A stretch of DNA of 64,000 nucleotides. Origin: an uncultured Planctomycetaceae bacterium (lineage in GTDB: Bacteria; Planctomycetota; Planctomycetia; Planctomycetales; Planctomycetaceae). This document shows, piece by piece, positions 33,901 to 43,480 of the stretch (the stretch's first letter is position 1; every line of letters begins with the position of its first letter). Made by a program: the position numbers and the translations under genes. Below the pieces are notes generated by a model. That model was not told the origin of the DNA. It did no database searches and was given only the letters and a program-made list of their open reading frames with translations. The DNA lies in the NCBI GenBank assembly GCA_963815195.1, contig CAWFGE010000024.1, positions 1 through 64,000 on the forward strand, read 5' to 3'.

Positions 33901-36468
33901 GGCAAGAGCGAAAGCGATTTTTATGCCTTCCAGGGCCATGCCGGCGAAGTGGTCACGGTTGATCTCTATTCGAGCACATTGGACCGCATCGCCAACCCAA
34001 TTGATTCGTTGCTGCGTCTCTATGATTCCAGCGGACGTAAGCTGGATTACTACGGCAGTCCGCTGGGAGCCTTCAATGACGACAACATCGAATCGACGGA
34101 TTCCCTGCTCTTGGACGTAGTTTTACCGGCGGACGGCACGTACTTCGTCGAGGTGGATACGTTCAGTTTTTATTCGCCGGAGTTCCCGGTGTACGAACCG
34201 AACTTCGACGTGGCCGCTTTTGCCGCGGCCAACCCGACCCACACGGGGGTGACCGACCGCGACCAGGGCCAGTACGAATTATTCTTGTACAAGACAATCC
34301 CCGCTGCCGGGCAAGCCGCCCTCGCGCTGCCGGCGAACGTCCAACCCGCGGGCGATGTCCTCATCGGCGGCCCGGGAGCGGACAAGTTCATCGGGAGCAG
34401 CGGCAGCGAACAGATCGTGGGCTTCAGTGCGGCGGAAGGGGACAGCTTCTCCGATCCCAGCGGCGTGGTGGCGTTCGTCGCGGGAAACATCGCCCTCAGG
34501 CTCGACACGACCGAGATCGACGAAGGGGGCCAGGTGATCGCCTCTGTCACGCTCCCGGGCGCCACCGGAAGCGAAGCCGTTCAGATTGCCTGGGGCGATG
34601 GGCAGTTTTCGCCGGCAGCGTTCGATTCCTCCACGGGACGGTTCACGGCCTCCCATATTTACGCCGACGATCCACCGGCCGGCCTCGGCGACCAGTTCTC
34701 TCTCATCGCGTCCATCACTTCGGCCGACGGGGTGGAAACCGTCGGGGCCATGGTGCAGGTCAATAACGTGGACCCCCAGAATGTCGATGTGCTGACCGGT
34801 CCGGCCGATGCCAGCGGCCGCAGCCAAAACCGCGTGTTCCTCGATGAGGGCAGCCTGTTGATGCTAACGGGCGTCTTTACAGACCCCGGCAGCGACACGC
34901 ACACTTACGAATGGAACGTGAATGGACAGCGGGTGCCCGGGGCGACGGGGGCGAGCTACGATTTCGTCCCCGCGGACAACGGCACGTATCAGATCACGTT
35001 TGCCGTGACCGATGACGACGGCGGAAAATCCAGCGATACCGTGACGGTGTTCGTCAAAAACGTCGCCCCGCGGGACGTGGTGATCGAAGGAGACAACTCC
35101 ATCGTTCGGGGAGAGCCTTCGACATTCCAGGCACACTTTAGCGATCCCGGAACGGCCGACACCCACACCTTTGCTTGGAGCCTGGCCAAGGACGGCGCGG
35201 GTTATGCCGTCGGCCACGGGGAGACTTTTCGAATTCACCCCCGATACGACCGGCGTTTTTGTGCTGTCTTTGGTGGTGACCGACGACGATGGCGGCGTCA
35301 GCCAAACGGCCTCCGTGAATGTGACTGTCGTCGCCTTTCCCTTGACGCTTTCGCTGTCCGGCCCCGAGTTGAATGTGAACCAGACCGGCTTATCCGGCGT
35401 GCGGGGACAGGAGCTCGACTTTCACCGGCGCGATCACGTTTCCGGGACCGCATACGCCCGAAACTCGTGCGGTGGGACTTCGGCGATGGGACCGTGATCG
35501 ACTTCCACTCGATCGCCGATGACGGCGTCTTTACGCCAACGCACATCTTTTCCGAGGCCGGCCAGTATCTGGTGACGCTGACGGTGCGGGACGATCACGG
35601 CGTCGAGACCTCGATCTCCGGCCGGATCACCATCGCCGAAATGGCGCTTCAGCACGATCCGCTTAACGTCGGCCAATTCACCTTGGCCGTCGGCGGGACG
35701 ATGGGGGCGGATACCATCCTTCTCACGGGCAACCTCTCGCAACAGGAGCTGAGCGGATCGTTGACCGCCATAGTCATCTCGCCGCTCTCGTCGTCCACTG
35801 GGAGTTTGGAGACGCGCGTGGGGGTGTTCCAGGCGACCGCGACCGGCGGATTCGATGCGGAATTTACCCGCTCGATTGACGGAGTCGCCATCGAGACCAC
35901 AACCGGGCACTTCGCCGTTCCGGGGGCGCTCCTCTCCCGGCTTTTGGTCTTCGCCGGGGCCGGGGATGACGATGTCCAGGTCAGCGGCAATATCGGGATC
36001 TCGGCCTGGCTGTATGGCGGTGACGGGAACGATCGTCTCAAAGGCGGGGCAGGCAATGATGTCCTCCTGGGCGGAGCGGGAGACGACCTGGTTCAGGGCG
36101 GATCCGGCCGAGACCTGGAAATTGGCGGCCGAGGCGCGGACCGGATTGTGGGCAATGCCGACGATGACATTCTGATCGCCGGGTACACGATCTATGACCA
36201 CGATGAAGCCGATTTGAACCAAATCATGATCGAATGGACCAAAATCGGCGCGACGTATGACGAGCGACTCCAGGCGTTAACCGATCCAACCGCAGCGGTC
36301 GTGCTGGATCAAAACACCGTGAGCCGCGACGGCGAAGCCGACGTGTTAACGGGTTCCTCCGGCGACGACTGGTTCTGGTTCGATTTCAATCAAGACAGCG
36401 ACCGCGCGACGGACCTCAAGGATGAAGCTTTCGCCGGCGATTTGGATTGGCTATTCCTGGAGATTTAA
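24745..36468 (+). CDS. Giant secreted protein, part 4: beta-helix, PKD/Ig-like repeats, RTX Ca-binding repeats, zinc metalloprotease, PPC-like domain, C-terminal RTX
   Basis: [20 protein letters not shown] repeats; WGDG and DDDGG PKD motifs; GGxGxD nonapeptides; [19 protein letters not shown]...FNDD. Out of frame at ~35230-35450 (correct PKD sequence is in ORF 35171-35497). Confidence 0.9.
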   Translation: MDRRAKTMRCSIGGPRENGTTLAAAPDRAGLSNWIPPRIRLCSIRSRRLATTASLVTISARRPNGTAAIANASNGVQMDNRAQANIIGTNGDGVNDGAEGNVLSANGGDGVYISGAGTNNNIVAGNLLGTNATGTAALGNAANGVFISGGAQFNLIGTDGDGVADAFERNVISGNAAGGVAISGSGTNGNTVAGNYIGVDAAGGRALGNGTTGQFVAPGVIIEAGAQGNRIGTNGDGVADAAERNIVSGNVARGIVITDVGTDNNVVAGNFVGTNAAGTSAVPNGVHGVEIRFGAMHNLIGTDGDGLADGAERNLISGNARQGVSIYGTGTAQNIVAGNDIGTDVSGRQALGNGESGVSINAGAAGNLIGTDGDGLGDNAERNLISGNIGEGVQIAAAGTENNAIAGNYIGTDITGLVALGNGANGIFIRSAASSNRIGTNGDGVADAAERNILSGNSGQGVIISGTATDQNTVAGNYIGVDISGNAALGNGGDGVIISGAAQFNLIGTDADGVADAAERNIISGNGVSGSGGLEGNGVDITGSGSRFNTVAGNYIGTNASGTAALANAGNGIYIHSYAGNNTIGGLTPIPGAGAGNVISGNANAGIGLLSDNNIIAGNLVGLNAAGTDIIGNASSGVFILFGVTGNRLGGAEAGARNVIAGSGDLYPDAGAVEIGAGATETLVQGNYIGTDISGTVVLGNSGSGLHLYGAINSTIGGTDAATRNIIGGSSEHGVLIDAAIDFYGFTGASTGNVIRGNYIGTDVTGTRDFGNAGDGVQISAGATGNFIGGTAAGEGNLISANDENGVLFENAGDGNLVQGNSIGVDATGNVGLGNSLLGVRVQDTNNTTIGGTAAGAGNIISGSAHGVGIATVTGPSTNGTIVQGNLIGLGADGQSDVGNAGFGVFVDGSVGAVEGTLIGGSAAGARNVISGNGSSGVFVTGANAANTTIAGNSIGTDITGTLARGNSGDGIDLSNGNNSRIGGAMAGAGNLISGNGLSGIAVGSPSIGSTIQGNLIGTDVTGTQALANYEGVRLSAPVLLGTDGDGANDAAEANTIAFNTAEGVVTFGHGVMVRGNSIHSNGGLGIDSLDDGVTANGSGVQDFPLFTSVQGGGATRVQGSVTGPASSVLVLDFYADTTADPNGYGEGRRSLGSTSVTTNSLGFANFDATLSAFTVAGDFVTATATAADGSTSEFSLAQAASFSQPPTISSDNLIVTVLDSAASGSPEAAFGLVTFNVPENGQFRLDGLFDAPDPDDQHTVFVNWGDGTSQSAITPPGQRGFSFAHVYADDFVSGTASDSIEATVVVTDSDGASGAARILLAVDNVPAEFDGPLSLMRNGAPVVSVAEGDVVQLTGRVADPGSLDLHTLEINWGDGSPLQSVVLSAGTVDFSIPHAFRDNSTSDTVTVTLRDDDSGSAIAETSLAVMNVAPQVVVMAPPATEGAPITLTAGITDPGAGDTFSYRWVLKSGTQTAAAGYGPEITFTPKDSGAFEVSLVVLDDDGGQGVAPPFTLNVQNIAPGITAGNLLLLNEAGQPVSGVAEGELFTLAGSLTDPGYESHDVTISWGDGSPQTVFTLAAGVTDFTVKHRFADDNPTGTSSDDDPVTITLRDADGAVGSWVKTVTITNIAPKPSILDDASDGTTIRLKSVIADAGVADTFQYAWAVTVDDVPVAGLITDQPTLTFTRPASGIARVTLLVTDDDGGQGLTEVLFIGGTDAADTIVLAPTANPGDDPGTLSVTNTTSAGTATLDAAPVSTILIAAGTGNDTVTVSAAVTTPVAVFAGDGDDSVTSGSGSDFLDGGEGDDTLVAGAGNDTVTSIGNDSLIGGTGNDEYLILGFSDKVLDEGGTDGIDTINFSAVDEGVTLDLGVADSPQTATDSGATITLRGTFENVLGSEQTDNLTGNDEENLIFGGGGNDSLDGGTGNDTLDGGTGNDTLAGALGDDTLTSGDGNDLLDGGTGNDTLIAGEGNDDSTDTNEYGDDTLFGGDGNDLIFGGGGNDSLDGGTGNDTLDSGGGDDSLDAGSGNDTLMAGDGNDSIIAADGNDLIDGGTGDDTLIASDGNDTITAGNDTLFGGDGNDLIFGGGGNDSLDGAAGDDTLTAGDGDSLLTGGEGNDSIIGGTGNDTLTAGDGETETYDDDTLFGGDGNDLIFGGGGNDSLDAGAGNDTITGGGGDDSIVAGDGNDSLDAGLGNDTLDAGDGNDSTSPGDDTLFGGEGNDLIFGGGGNDSLDGGAGNDTISAGMGGDPTLSGGGGDDSLIGGDGNDSLDGGTGNDTLYAGDGNETTTTSAGDDTLFGGEGNDLIFGGGGNDSLDGGSGDDTLTAGDGNASIEGGDGNDSLTAGTGNDSLDGGLGDDTLTAGDGNETTTSPGDDTLFGGEGNDLIFGGGGNDSLDGGMGDDTLTAGDGETTLAGGDGNDSLVGGTGDDSLEGGIGDDTLYAGDGSDTMDPVDTGDDTLFGGEGNDLIFGGGGNDSLDGGTGDDTLTAGDGDTSLDGGDGNDLLVGGSGEDSLDGGMGNDTLVGNEGNDSLDGGMGDDTLYAGEGDDTAAATGDDTLFGGDGNDLIFGGGGASLIVGGQGDDVIVGRGQDQYFGDDLLGNGAGIDWFLYYADADVILNDNSLAVAGLVIPLNSFEAVQITGGEHDNRLDASGFTGNVVLAGGPGNDSLLAGNGDDTLDGGAGNDMLDGGAGNDVYTFGADAGGNDVINEAADTDADRLDFAAFPQPATVDLSLTEPQDVGGDLTLTFSDGSGLEDVFGTAFADTIAGNDRPNKLIGSGGGDVLDGGGGDDLLQSDFTKRVYLDFDSATDAGEHVYAQAERDAIQARMAADFGAFDVDFTQTLPQAGPFFQVMFNATPIINGIPQPGGRAESLNWRLLGASGTVVVDVNGFLGPRRLPGTSENFVALSSTIAAHELGHQFGLRHQDAFGPVGSGLYANFKFNRLLPAYLGPAAADETRLHLLASPAAVGTSLADATGDPYFGERESIKLAFAESGRSALELPDDLKTQSVTPIGTQRTYAAQDLGDLEMMQVPMADGDQMVAALNVAGEIVLDPATGKSESDFYAFQGHAGEVVTVDLYSSTLDRIANPIDSLLRLYDSSGRKLDYYGSPLGAFNDDNIESTDSLLLDVVLPADGTYFVEVDTFSFYSPEFPVYEPNFDVAAFAAANPTHTGVTDRDQGQYELFLYKTIPAAGQAALALPANVQPAGDVLIGGPGADKFIGSSGSEQIVGFSAAEGDSFSDPSGVVAFVAGNIALRLDTTEIDEGGQVIASVTLPGATGSEAVQIAWGDGQFSPAAFDSSTGRFTASHIYADDPPAGLGDQFSLIASITSADGVETVGAMVQVNNVDPQNVDVLTGPADASGRSQNRVFLDEGSLLMLTGVFTDPGSDTHTYEWNVNGQRVPGATGASYDFVPADNGTYQITFAVTDDDGGKSSDTVTVFVKNVAPRDVVIEGDNSIVRGEPSTFQAHFSDPGTADTHTFAWSLAKDGAGYAVGHGETFRIHPRYDRRFCAVFGGDRRRWRRQPNGLRECDCRRLSLDAFAVRPRVECEPDRLIRRAGTGARLSPARSRFRDRIRPKLVRWDFGDGTVIDFHSIADDGVFTPTHIFSEAGQYLVTLTVRDDHGVETSISGRITIAEMALQHDPLNVGQFTLAVGGTMGADTILLTGNLSQQELSGSLTAIVISPLSSSTGSLETRVGVFQATATGGFDAEFTRSIDGVAIETTTGHFAVPGALLSRLLVFAGAGDDDVQVSGNIGISAWLYGGDGNDRLKGGAGNDVLLGGAGDDLVQGGSGRDLEIGGRGADRIVGNADDDILIAGYTIYDHDEADLNQIMIEWTKIGATYDERLQALTDPTAAVVLDQNTVSRDGEADVLTGSSGDDWFWFDFNQDSDRATDLKDEAFAGDLDWLFLEI
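30460..32450 (+). repeat. Higher-order RTX repeat array (coding)
   Basis: Anchor [17 protein letters not shown] recurs eight times (~30686, 30950, 31156, 31367, 31612, 31852, 32098, 32392) plus a partial copy at ~30470. Confidence 0.85.
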
Positions 36469-36845
36469 AATGGCTAAGGTCGGTAGCGGATGCGTGTCGC
36501 ATGGTGCGGGGCCAGTTCGATCAATTCGTGCACGCACGGGGCCTTGATGATCGCGTGATCGTACTTGGCGTAAACACTCGGTCTTGTGGTCTTTTTCTGT
36601 TGGCATCTGCTCCTCCGAGGTATCATTTCACGAACTTGTCACGCACATCGAGAATCAACTTTCTAACATTGATGTCGCCCGACCGCGTCATCGTTCAGCC
36701 GCTCGTCCTGGCCAAAATAGAAGATGCCCAGCATGATCATAGGTGGGCCGGCCGTTTATAAGGAACTGCGCCCCTGAATCGAAACCTCCGTCCGCCGCTG
36801 CGGAACTTCGGTCGATTCCCCGACGCCTATGTCCGAAAAAACGAA

Positions 36846-37850
36846 TCAAACTTGGATTTCCACGACGAGAATTTCCCTCGGCGTCGCGATGGCGAAACGG
36901 CGGCGCTCCGGGTCGAGTGCCAACGGAGGCACGTTCTCCACGTGATGAGTGATGCTGCTGGTCTGTTTGCCGGATGCAACATCCTCCAGGCGGGCAACAA
37001 CTCGGCCGGTTTGCAGGTCGATCAGTTTGGGGTGCTCGTAAAACCCAACAACGAACTGGGGGTCGACCGCCATCAACGTGCCTGTCAATTCCGAGAGCGG
37101 GCGCTGCGAAATTGTCCGCGATTGGGCGAGATCCCAGATCGCGATCCGACTCGGGCGAATGAGGTTCGGGTCTTCTTCAAAATCCTCATCGTCCAGAAAT
37201 GTTTCCTCGCTGGTCGAAATCACAACGAAACGCCCATTCAGAAAAGCCGCCGCACTGATCTCCGACGATTGGGGTGGGCCGGGGACCAGGCGATCGAGAG
37301 ATTTTGGATTGCGAATCGCCTCGGCCAGCGAAAACACACCCAAGGCATCGACAGGTGCCCAAATCCAGCCGGCACTCAGGAAGTGGGAACCGGATGGACT
37401 AACGGCCAGGCGGGAATGAAAGAAATCGCACGGCTCGCGATTCTCGCATTTCGTCAGCCGTTCACCCGTCTCGACATCGTCGATTTCCAACCGGTTATAG
37501 GCATCTGGGCAATGAATCAGCACCTCCTGTCCGGATCCCAATGGCGCGATGCAGACCGGGAACTCGTAGGCGTTTGCGCAGTAGAAGCTGCGATTGATTT
37601 CCCGCAGGATTTGTCCCTGCTTGAGAATGACGCCTTTGGTGCCTCGTCGTTCATAGATGACGGCATAGTTCCCCGACGGTGACCCGCACGCCGCATCAAA
37701 TCGATACGCATAGTTCACCTGCCGTGGGACGATGCGACCGTCCAGGCCGAAGCGATTTCCGCCGGACAGCCAATCGACAAGGGCCTCTCCTTCCCACACG
37801 AGCGAGGCGACCCGTTCGATGCCAATTCTCGCCAAGATCCTGAAAGCCAT
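36846..37850 (-). CDS. Hypothetical protein, probable beta-propeller
   Basis: ORF 36846-38078; likely start MAFRIL at 37850; blade-like segments (LAVSPSGSHFLSAG, IAIWDL, LALDPERRRFAIA). Confidence 0.65.
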   Translation of the reverse strand: MAFRILARIGIERVASLVWEGEALVDWLSGGNRFGLDGRIVPRQVNYAYRFDAACGSPSGNYAVIYERRGTKGVILKQGQILREINRSFYCANAYEFPVCIAPLGSGQEVLIHCPDAYNRLEIDDVETGERLTKCENREPCDFFHSRLAVSPSGSHFLSAGWIWAPVDALGVFSLAEAIRNPKSLDRLVPGPPQSSEISAAAFLNGRFVVISTSEETFLDDEDFEEDPNLIRPSRIAIWDLAQSRTISQRPLSELTGTLMAVDPQFVVGFYEHPKLIDLQTGRVVARLEDVASGKQTSSITHHVENVPPLALDPERRRFAIATPREILVVEIQV

Positions 37851-38225
37851 GAACTGAGCCGCCTTAAACAGGAATTTCAACGCGCCGTCGTCGCGTCCTT
37901 CCGCAAACTTGTTCGGGTTTTCCAGTGTGTGAGACCATTTCCGGTTGTCATCCTGCAACTTGAAATGGTTCCGAATGCAATTCGCCGCCAGCGTAGGCAT
38001 ATCTTTGGCACAAATGTTAAACTTGGTCTCCGAACGCATGGCTTCCTCCGTGGAAAACTTTGTCCTTCGTTTAGACAAACAATTCTCCGGAAAAGCCTCG
38101 CGTGCTTCGATTCTTCCGACAACAAATCATGGGTTTTTTGAAACGGCTGACATGGGTCGTCGAATGAACGTAACGGAAGAAACCCTGGTCGCGAGATTGC
38201 AGAAAGTGATTTTGTGAAGGATAAC

Positions 38226-38972
38226 ATGGGCCGCGGGATTTCCGTGGATTCGATTCCTGGTTTTCGAGAGCCGATCAACTCGTTTACGCATTTGATTGCT
38301 GCAATCCTCTTTCTGGGTTTGACGATCGTTCTGCTTCGGCGAAGTCAGGGACATCCTGGGCGAAAGTTTGCCTTGGGCATCTTCGGTTTTTCCAGCGTGA
38401 TGTTGCTTACGACGAGCGGCGTCTACCACATGCTCTGGCCGGGAAACGACCGAGACGTCATGGAGCGGATCGATGTGGCCGCAATCTTTATTCTCATGGC
38501 CGGCACGTTCACGCCAGCCTACGCGATATTATACCGAGGACTTGTCCGTTTTTGTCTCCTCTCGCTGATCTGGGGAGCGGCGATTGTCGGTATCGCACTG
38601 CGAATGACGTACTTTGCGGCCCTTTCGGGGTGGGCGGGGACAATTCTCTTTCTGATCTTTGGATGGATTGGGGCCATTTCCGCTCGGAATCTATGGAAAC
38701 GATATTCCTTCGCCTTCATTCGGCCTTTGGTTTGGGGCGGACTGGCGTACACATCGGGTGCGCTGCTCTTGGAGTTTCATTGGCCCACTTTGATCCCCAG
38801 AGTCCTCGGTCCCCATGAACTTTGGCATTTCGCGGTGCTGACTGGCCTTAGCTTCCACTGGCAATTTGTCTGGCAATTCGCCGATGGGCCGCCTGAGTTT
38901 GTGTTCGCCGACCGCGTCCACCTCATTTCCCATTCTCCCCCGATTGCGATCTCGAAGGAGACGACCTCTTAG
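38226..38972 (+). CDS. Hemolysin III / PAQR family membrane protein
   Basis: EPINSFTH, SGVYH, RIDVAAIFILMAGTFTP, GGLAYTSG, HELWHFAV; about seven hydrophobic segments. Confidence 0.92.
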   Translation: MGRGISVDSIPGFREPINSFTHLIAAILFLGLTIVLLRRSQGHPGRKFALGIFGFSSVMLLTTSGVYHMLWPGNDRDVMERIDVAAIFILMAGTFTPAYAILYRGLVRFCLLSLIWGAAIVGIALRMTYFAALSGWAGTILFLIFGWIGAISARNLWKRYSFAFIRPLVWGGLAYTSGALLLEFHWPTLIPRVLGPHELWHFAVLTGLSFHWQFVWQFADGPPEFVFADRVHLISHSPPIAISKETTS

Positions 38973-39057
38973 CCCCTTCCGTGAATCGGCGGGCAACTTT
39001 CTTGGGGAAAGTTTTGGGAATCCTTCAAACTGCACTAGCTGAGACGGAATCCTCCGC

Positions 39058-39363
39058 TACAATCCTTACACCGAATGGCATGGGCCTTCGGCGATGAAGA
39101 GAGCACGCCCAAGTGCCCACCTACTCGATTGATCCCTGAGGATCTTCTGCTCTGAGTCATTTTTCTCACGGCGATTCAGAATCTCCGTTGGCATTGTTCG
39201 AGACCCACCGTTCGTCAGCTTGTCTTGAGCCCGAACGCAAATTGTTGGGAAGTGGATCGTTCAAATCCTGCCGACTTGCTTGAGTCTGAGTTCGCTTCGC
39301 CCTGTTGACCACCTCCCGTGGTCGTGAGAATGGTATTTGAAGAACCCTGAGGGTTCGCAAAGG
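39058..39363 (+). promoter_or_regulatory. -10 box and ~300-nt structured 5' leader of the RRM/DEAD-box operon
   Basis: TACAAT at 39058; nested stem with GCGA tetraloop at 39077-39117; further hairpins at 39131-39144, 39307-39323 and 39342-39356. Confidence 0.5.
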
Positions 39364-39369
39364 ATGACA

Positions 39370-39651
39370 ATGAGTAAGAATCTCTACGTTGGCAATCTTT
39401 CTTTCCAAATCAGCTCGGACGATCTGCGCGAGCTCTTCGAGCCCTATGGCGACGTCCGCTCGGCTTCGGTCGTCACGGATCGCGACACAGGCCGCTCTCG
39501 CGGTTTCGGTTTCGTCGAGATGGAGAGCGGCGGCGATGCCGCCGTCGATGCCCTAAACGGCAAAGATCACGACGGCCGAGCCCTGACCGTGAACGAAGCC
39601 CGCCCCCGAGAACAACGGTCCGGTGGCGGCGGCCGAAGCAACCGCTACTAA
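39370..39651 (+). CDS. RNA-binding protein (single RRM, Gly-rich tail)
   Basis: RNP2 LYVGNL, RNP1 RGFGFVEM, LTVNEARPRE, GGGGR tail. Confidence 0.96.
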   Translation: MSKNLYVGNLSFQISSDDLRELFEPYGDVRSASVVTDRDTGRSRGFGFVEMESGGDAAVDALNGKDHDGRALTVNEARPREQRSGGGGRSNRY

Positions 39652-39868
39652 GCCTTCATCAAATTTCTTTCCTCGCCCGGGGCTGGCTGATGCAGCATGC
39701 ACCGGACCGTCGCAACGGGTGAAAGGACCGCTTGAAGTCCGTCCGAGCGGCCGAACCGCTCGGTTCTCTAATAACTCTGAGTCGAACCGCCGCCGCGTCC
39801 TTTTCCTTCCTCGCGGCGGGGTCTCGTCTTGGTCTCATCCCCTTTTGAAGAACAGCACAGGTACATCT

Positions 39869-41203
39869 TTGACTTTACACTCCCATTCGTTTTCCGAACT
39901 CGATTTGGCCGATCCCCTTCACCGGGCGATTCGTTCAGAAAATTATGCCGCCCCCACTCCCATTCAAGCACAGGCCATCCCGCATTTGCTGAATGGGAAA
40001 GACCTGCTCGGATCGGCGCAGACCGGCACGGGCAAGACCGCCGCCTTCGCCTTGCCGATTTTGCATCAACTGGAAATCAATCGCCGTCCCGCCGTGGCCC
40101 ATGCCCCGTCGAGCCTCGTCCTTTCGCCCACGCGCGAACTGGCGATCCAAATTGCGGAAAGCTTCAAGACGTACGGGCAATTCGTTCGTTTCCGCCAGGC
40201 CGTGATTTATGGCGGCGTCCCTCAAGGATCGCAGGTCCAAGCTTTGAAGCGAGGAGTCCATGTTGTCGTCGCCACCCCCGGGCGGCTGATCGACCTGATG
40301 GACCAAGGGCACATCCAGCTTGGGCATCTGGAGACGTTTGTGCTCGATGAAGCGGACCGCATGCTCGACATGGGGTTTCTCCCCTCGCTCAAACGGATTA
40401 TCAGCGAACTCCCCACGCAGCGGCAGTCGATTTTCCTCTCCGCGACCCTGCCGCCCAAGATCATGCAACTCGCCCAGCAATTGTTGAGAAATCCCGTCAC
40501 CGTCAACGTGATTCCAAAATCCAGCAGCGTGAGATCCATCGACCAGCGCGTGCTGTTTGTGGATCGGCACGAAAAACGGGGGGCACTACAAAACCTCCTG
40601 AACGATCGGGCCGTTGAACGGGCCTTGGTTTTTACCAGGACCAAACGCACGGCCAATCTGGTCGCAGAGAAACTCCTGCGAACCGGGATCAAGGCCACGG
40701 CCATTCATGGAAACAAATCGCAAAATGCCCGGCAACGCGCCTTGGAAGCCTTTCGGCGAAAGCAAGTCCAAGTCCTGGTCGCGACGGATGTGGCGGCCCG
40801 CGGGATTGATATTGACGGAATCACCCACGTGGTGAATTTCGATTTGCCTCTCGAACCCGAAAACTACGTCCACCGCATCGGCAGAACCGGGCGAGCCGGC
40901 GCCCTAGGCATTGCCGTTTCCTTTTGCTGCGAAGACGAACGATGCGAGCTCCGCGCCATTGAACGGTTCATCGGCCAGGAATTGTTGATGGCCAACGGAG
41001 ATCCCCAGCCGGTTCGCGCGGCACGCTCCGACAAAAAACCGGCGAGCGGGAAGCCATCGGCTTCCAACCCAAAACCGCGTCGGCCCCCATCCAAACGCCG
41101 CCGTTCGACCAATGCTTCCGCGGCTGGGACGGGAACCAAACGACGGCGGCGCCCAACCGCCGCGGGCCAACCGACGCGTCAGGGCGTGAAGCCCCAAGGC
41201 TAA
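39869..41203 (+). CDS. rhlE: DEAD-box RNA helicase (RhlE-like)
   Basis: Q motif PTPIQ, AQTGTGKT, PTRELA, TPGRL, DEAD, SAT, ARGID, HRIGRTGR; basic C-terminal tail; probable TTG start near 39869. Confidence 0.93.
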   Translation: MTLHSHSFSELDLADPLHRAIRSENYAAPTPIQAQAIPHLLNGKDLLGSAQTGTGKTAAFALPILHQLEINRRPAVAHAPSSLVLSPTRELAIQIAESFKTYGQFVRFRQAVIYGGVPQGSQVQALKRGVHVVVATPGRLIDLMDQGHIQLGHLETFVLDEADRMLDMGFLPSLKRIISELPTQRQSIFLSATLPPKIMQLAQQLLRNPVTVNVIPKSSSVRSIDQRVLFVDRHEKRGALQNLLNDRAVERALVFTRTKRTANLVAEKLLRTGIKATAIHGNKSQNARQRALEAFRRKQVQVLVATDVAARGIDIDGITHVVNFDLPLEPENYVHRIGRTGRAGALGIAVSFCCEDERCELRAIERFIGQELLMANGDPQPVRAARSDKKPASGKPSASNPKPRRPPSKRRRSTNASAAGTGTKRRRRPTAAGQPTRQGVKPQG

Positions 41204-41268
41204 TCTCCCCGTTTCGGATCGGAAACGGCCCGGAACATCGTCTCAAAGTTTTGAACAAGGAGTCCACC

Positions 41269-41454
41269 ATCGCGAAAAGCCAAAATACTTTAGAAAAGCG
41301 AAAACGTGAGATGGCCAAGAAAGCCAAAGCCGAAGCCAAACGGATTCGGCGCAAACAACGGAAGCAGGATCTTGACGGAGCCGATCGCCGCGACTTCGAG
41401 ACGGAACCCTCGAAGGCTGAGGAATCTGGCGGCCCGAACAACGAAATCTCCTAA
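41269..41454 (+). CDS. Small basic protein, probable non-canonical ATC start
   Basis: AAGGAG (41257-41262), 6 nt, then ATC GCG AAA AGC; AKSQNTLEKRKREMAKKAKAEAKRIRRK. Confidence 0.7.
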   Translation: MAKSQNTLEKRKREMAKKAKAEAKRIRRKQRKQDLDGADRRDFETEPSKAEESGGPNNEIS

Positions 41455-41523
41455 CACATTCAGATTCATTTTCTTGGTTCTGGATGTTTCTCGCGAACTC
41501 CCCGGTGATCGAAAAGGCAGGCG

Positions 41524-41742
41524 ATGAGCCCCGACCCGTTAGAGAAAAACTCGGAAACCTCCGTCACATCCGCTGCGCACCGCGACAGGAAAGAAGCGTT
41601 TCGGATCCTTGTCCAACTTCAAGATTCGGGGGAGACCGTCGCGGCGTCTCGCGCCCGCGTCACGGCTCAGTTTCACATCACTCACGAAGAATTGCGGGAC
41701 ATCGAACGAGAAGGCATTGCCGCGAAGTGGCCGCCTCTCTAA
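41524..41742 (+). CDS. Small hypothetical protein
   Basis: 72 aa with an SD-like AAAGG; RKEAFRILVQLQD...IEREGIAAKWPPL resembles a small planctomycete family as I recall it. Confidence 0.65.
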   Translation: MSPDPLEKNSETSVTSAAHRDRKEAFRILVQLQDSGETVAASRARVTAQFHITHEELRDIEREGIAAKWPPL

Positions 41743-41861
41743 TCGCCCGAATCTCAGCCCCCCTTTGCCAATCGAGATTGGTCCATTCGTGGTGATGGTG
41801 GGCCGGTACTCCAGGAACGGAACGGCAGTTGCGGATGGCCGTTTACAATGGCGACGCGGAC

Positions 41862-41948
41862 AAGGTTCGCGCGCTTGTGCATCCTTTCTTTTCGGGTTCT
41901 GTGAACGTAGGTCGTCTGTCGACGTCCGCGAGTTTGTGGAAGCGGGTC
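41862..41948 (+). repeat. Diverged direct repeat copy 1: relic of an ECF sigma 5' region
   Basis: Manual alignment gives 71/87 identity to 46675-46760; encodes VNVGRLSTSASLWKRV vs VIVSLLSTSASLLQRV. Confidence 0.85.
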
Positions 41949-42299
41949 ATTCCGGCGCGTTTGAAATTCGCTCGCGCGGCGGCGGCCCATTCCTTGTGGA
42001 TCTCTTAGGGGGTCAGATCCCCCACTACCCCGTGGATGTGTCCAACTCCGCCACGTGCTTCGCGCCCATCGATTGCGACAGGAACCGCGGCAAGCGGCCG
42101 TCCTGTTGCGGGACATCGCGAAACTGCCGATGGGCGGCAATGTCTTCGAACACCTCCAGGGCGTTCTTCTCGAAGTCATCGACGGCCAACGGGTCTTTTT
42201 CCAAGGCCACATCGTCCGGGGAACGCCTTGAGGTTGCCCTTCATGCGAGGAGACAGTGTTTCACCGGACAAACCGATCCTCATGAAATGCTGATTGCGA

Positions 42300-43301
42300 T
42301 TACTTTTTCTTCGAAGATCGCCTGGAGGATTTCCGCTTGGCGGGGGCTTGGGTATCTTTTTTCTTCGCGGAAGTTTTTCCGTTGGTCGTCTGCTTTTTCT
42401 TGGCAGACTTTTTCTTCGCGGTTCTCTTCTTCGCGGATTTTTTCTTGGCAGACTTTTTCTTCAACGTTTTCTGTTCCGCGGCTTTCTTCTTGGACGCTTT
42501 CTTTTTGACCGACTTCTTCTTAACCGACTTTGGGACTTCAGATCGCTTTGTGGATTTTTGGGACTTTGGGGGCGTCTCGGACGGGGGGAGCATGTCGATT
42601 CCAAAAATGTCCGACAGGTCTTCGCCGGTGAGTTGTTTGCCGCCGGGCGCGTGGAGTTCGGTGTCGAGTGCGGTCCCCGCATCCGTTTGGATCAGTTCCT
42701 CCACATCGACTCCGCGGAGCGCGAACAACAAACCCGGCGAATGATCGAGCCGCGCCCCGACGCCATAGAGCACGGCGGCAATGTGTTTGCACATGCCGGC
42801 CCAATCGGGGCAGTCACAGGTGAACTCGATTTCGCCGGGCAGGGGGAACAGGCCCTCCTTCCGATCCGTCACCACCAGCATAAGATTGTCCGACAACTCG
42901 CCGGAAAGCAATTCCAATAGCGAGCCAATCTGCCCGGTGCATTGTTTTTTGAGCGCCGTCCATTTCTTGGGAGGCAGCGTCGAAATCTCGACCGAGACGT
43001 TGTAGAGTTCGCTGCCGCTGACGATGGCTTCGATTTGGCCTTTGGCGATCTCCAGATGGCAGACGGAACCGTTTCTGACATAAGTCCGTCCCCGCGGCAG
43101 GCGGTTGGAAAAGTCGCTGAACGATTCCAAATGATCGCACCACCCCTGGCCCCAGAACGTCCTGGCGATTTTTCGGCCTTCGATTTCGATCGGCTCGATT
43201 TTCTTGCCCCGCTTATTGAGCCGGGCCATCTCGCGTTTGGCGTTAGCCCGCCGCTGGGCGACGGAGACATAGGGGCGAAATCCGTAGTAGCCGTAACCCA
43301 T
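42300..43301 (-). CDS. SWIM zinc-finger protein with Lys-rich histone-H1-like C-terminal tail
   Basis: NRLPRGRTYVRNGSV; CDCPDWAGMCKH (CxC-xn-CxH SWIM); tail KKKSVKKKASKKKAA...; AGGAGG SD. Confidence 0.93.
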   Translation of the reverse strand: MGYGYYGFRPYVSVAQRRANAKREMARLNKRGKKIEPIEIEGRKIARTFWGQGWCDHLESFSDFSNRLPRGRTYVRNGSVCHLEIAKGQIEAIVSGSELYNVSVEISTLPPKKWTALKKQCTGQIGSLLELLSGELSDNLMLVVTDRKEGLFPLPGEIEFTCDCPDWAGMCKHIAAVLYGVGARLDHSPGLLFALRGVDVEELIQTDAGTALDTELHAPGGKQLTGEDLSDIFGIDMLPPSETPPKSQKSTKRSEVPKSVKKKSVKKKASKKKAAEQKTLKKKSAKKKSAKKRTAKKKSAKKKQTTNGKTSAKKKDTQAPAKRKSSRRSSKKK

Positions 43302-43480
43302 GCGAAACCTCCTGTAAAATCGTCCTTGGGGTCGTCCGTCTTCTGTGTTCTTACACGGATTCTATAAAACCCTCGGCAAAAAATCACGATCAGACAGTCT
43401 CTCTGTCAAAGATTTTTAAGGGTTCCATGCATTCCCGCAAGGGCCCTCCTTAGAGCGATTCGCCGAATCGTGAGTGGCCC

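Noticed and set aside
37851..38078. N-terminal extension of ORF 36846-38078
   Set aside because: TTG start without a clear SD and a composition unlike the rest; ATG 37850 is preferred, though this is unproven.
39077..39117. GNRA-capped stem as a known riboswitch or tRNA
   Set aside because: I could not match it to c-di-GMP, SAM, TPP or cobalamin consensus or to a cloverleaf; kept only as an unknown leader.
42025..42245. Short minus-strand ORF (VALEKDPLAVDDFEKNALEVFEDIAAH...)
   Set aside because: Protein-like but with no clear start or family motif; possibly a relic, and not supportable as a gene.
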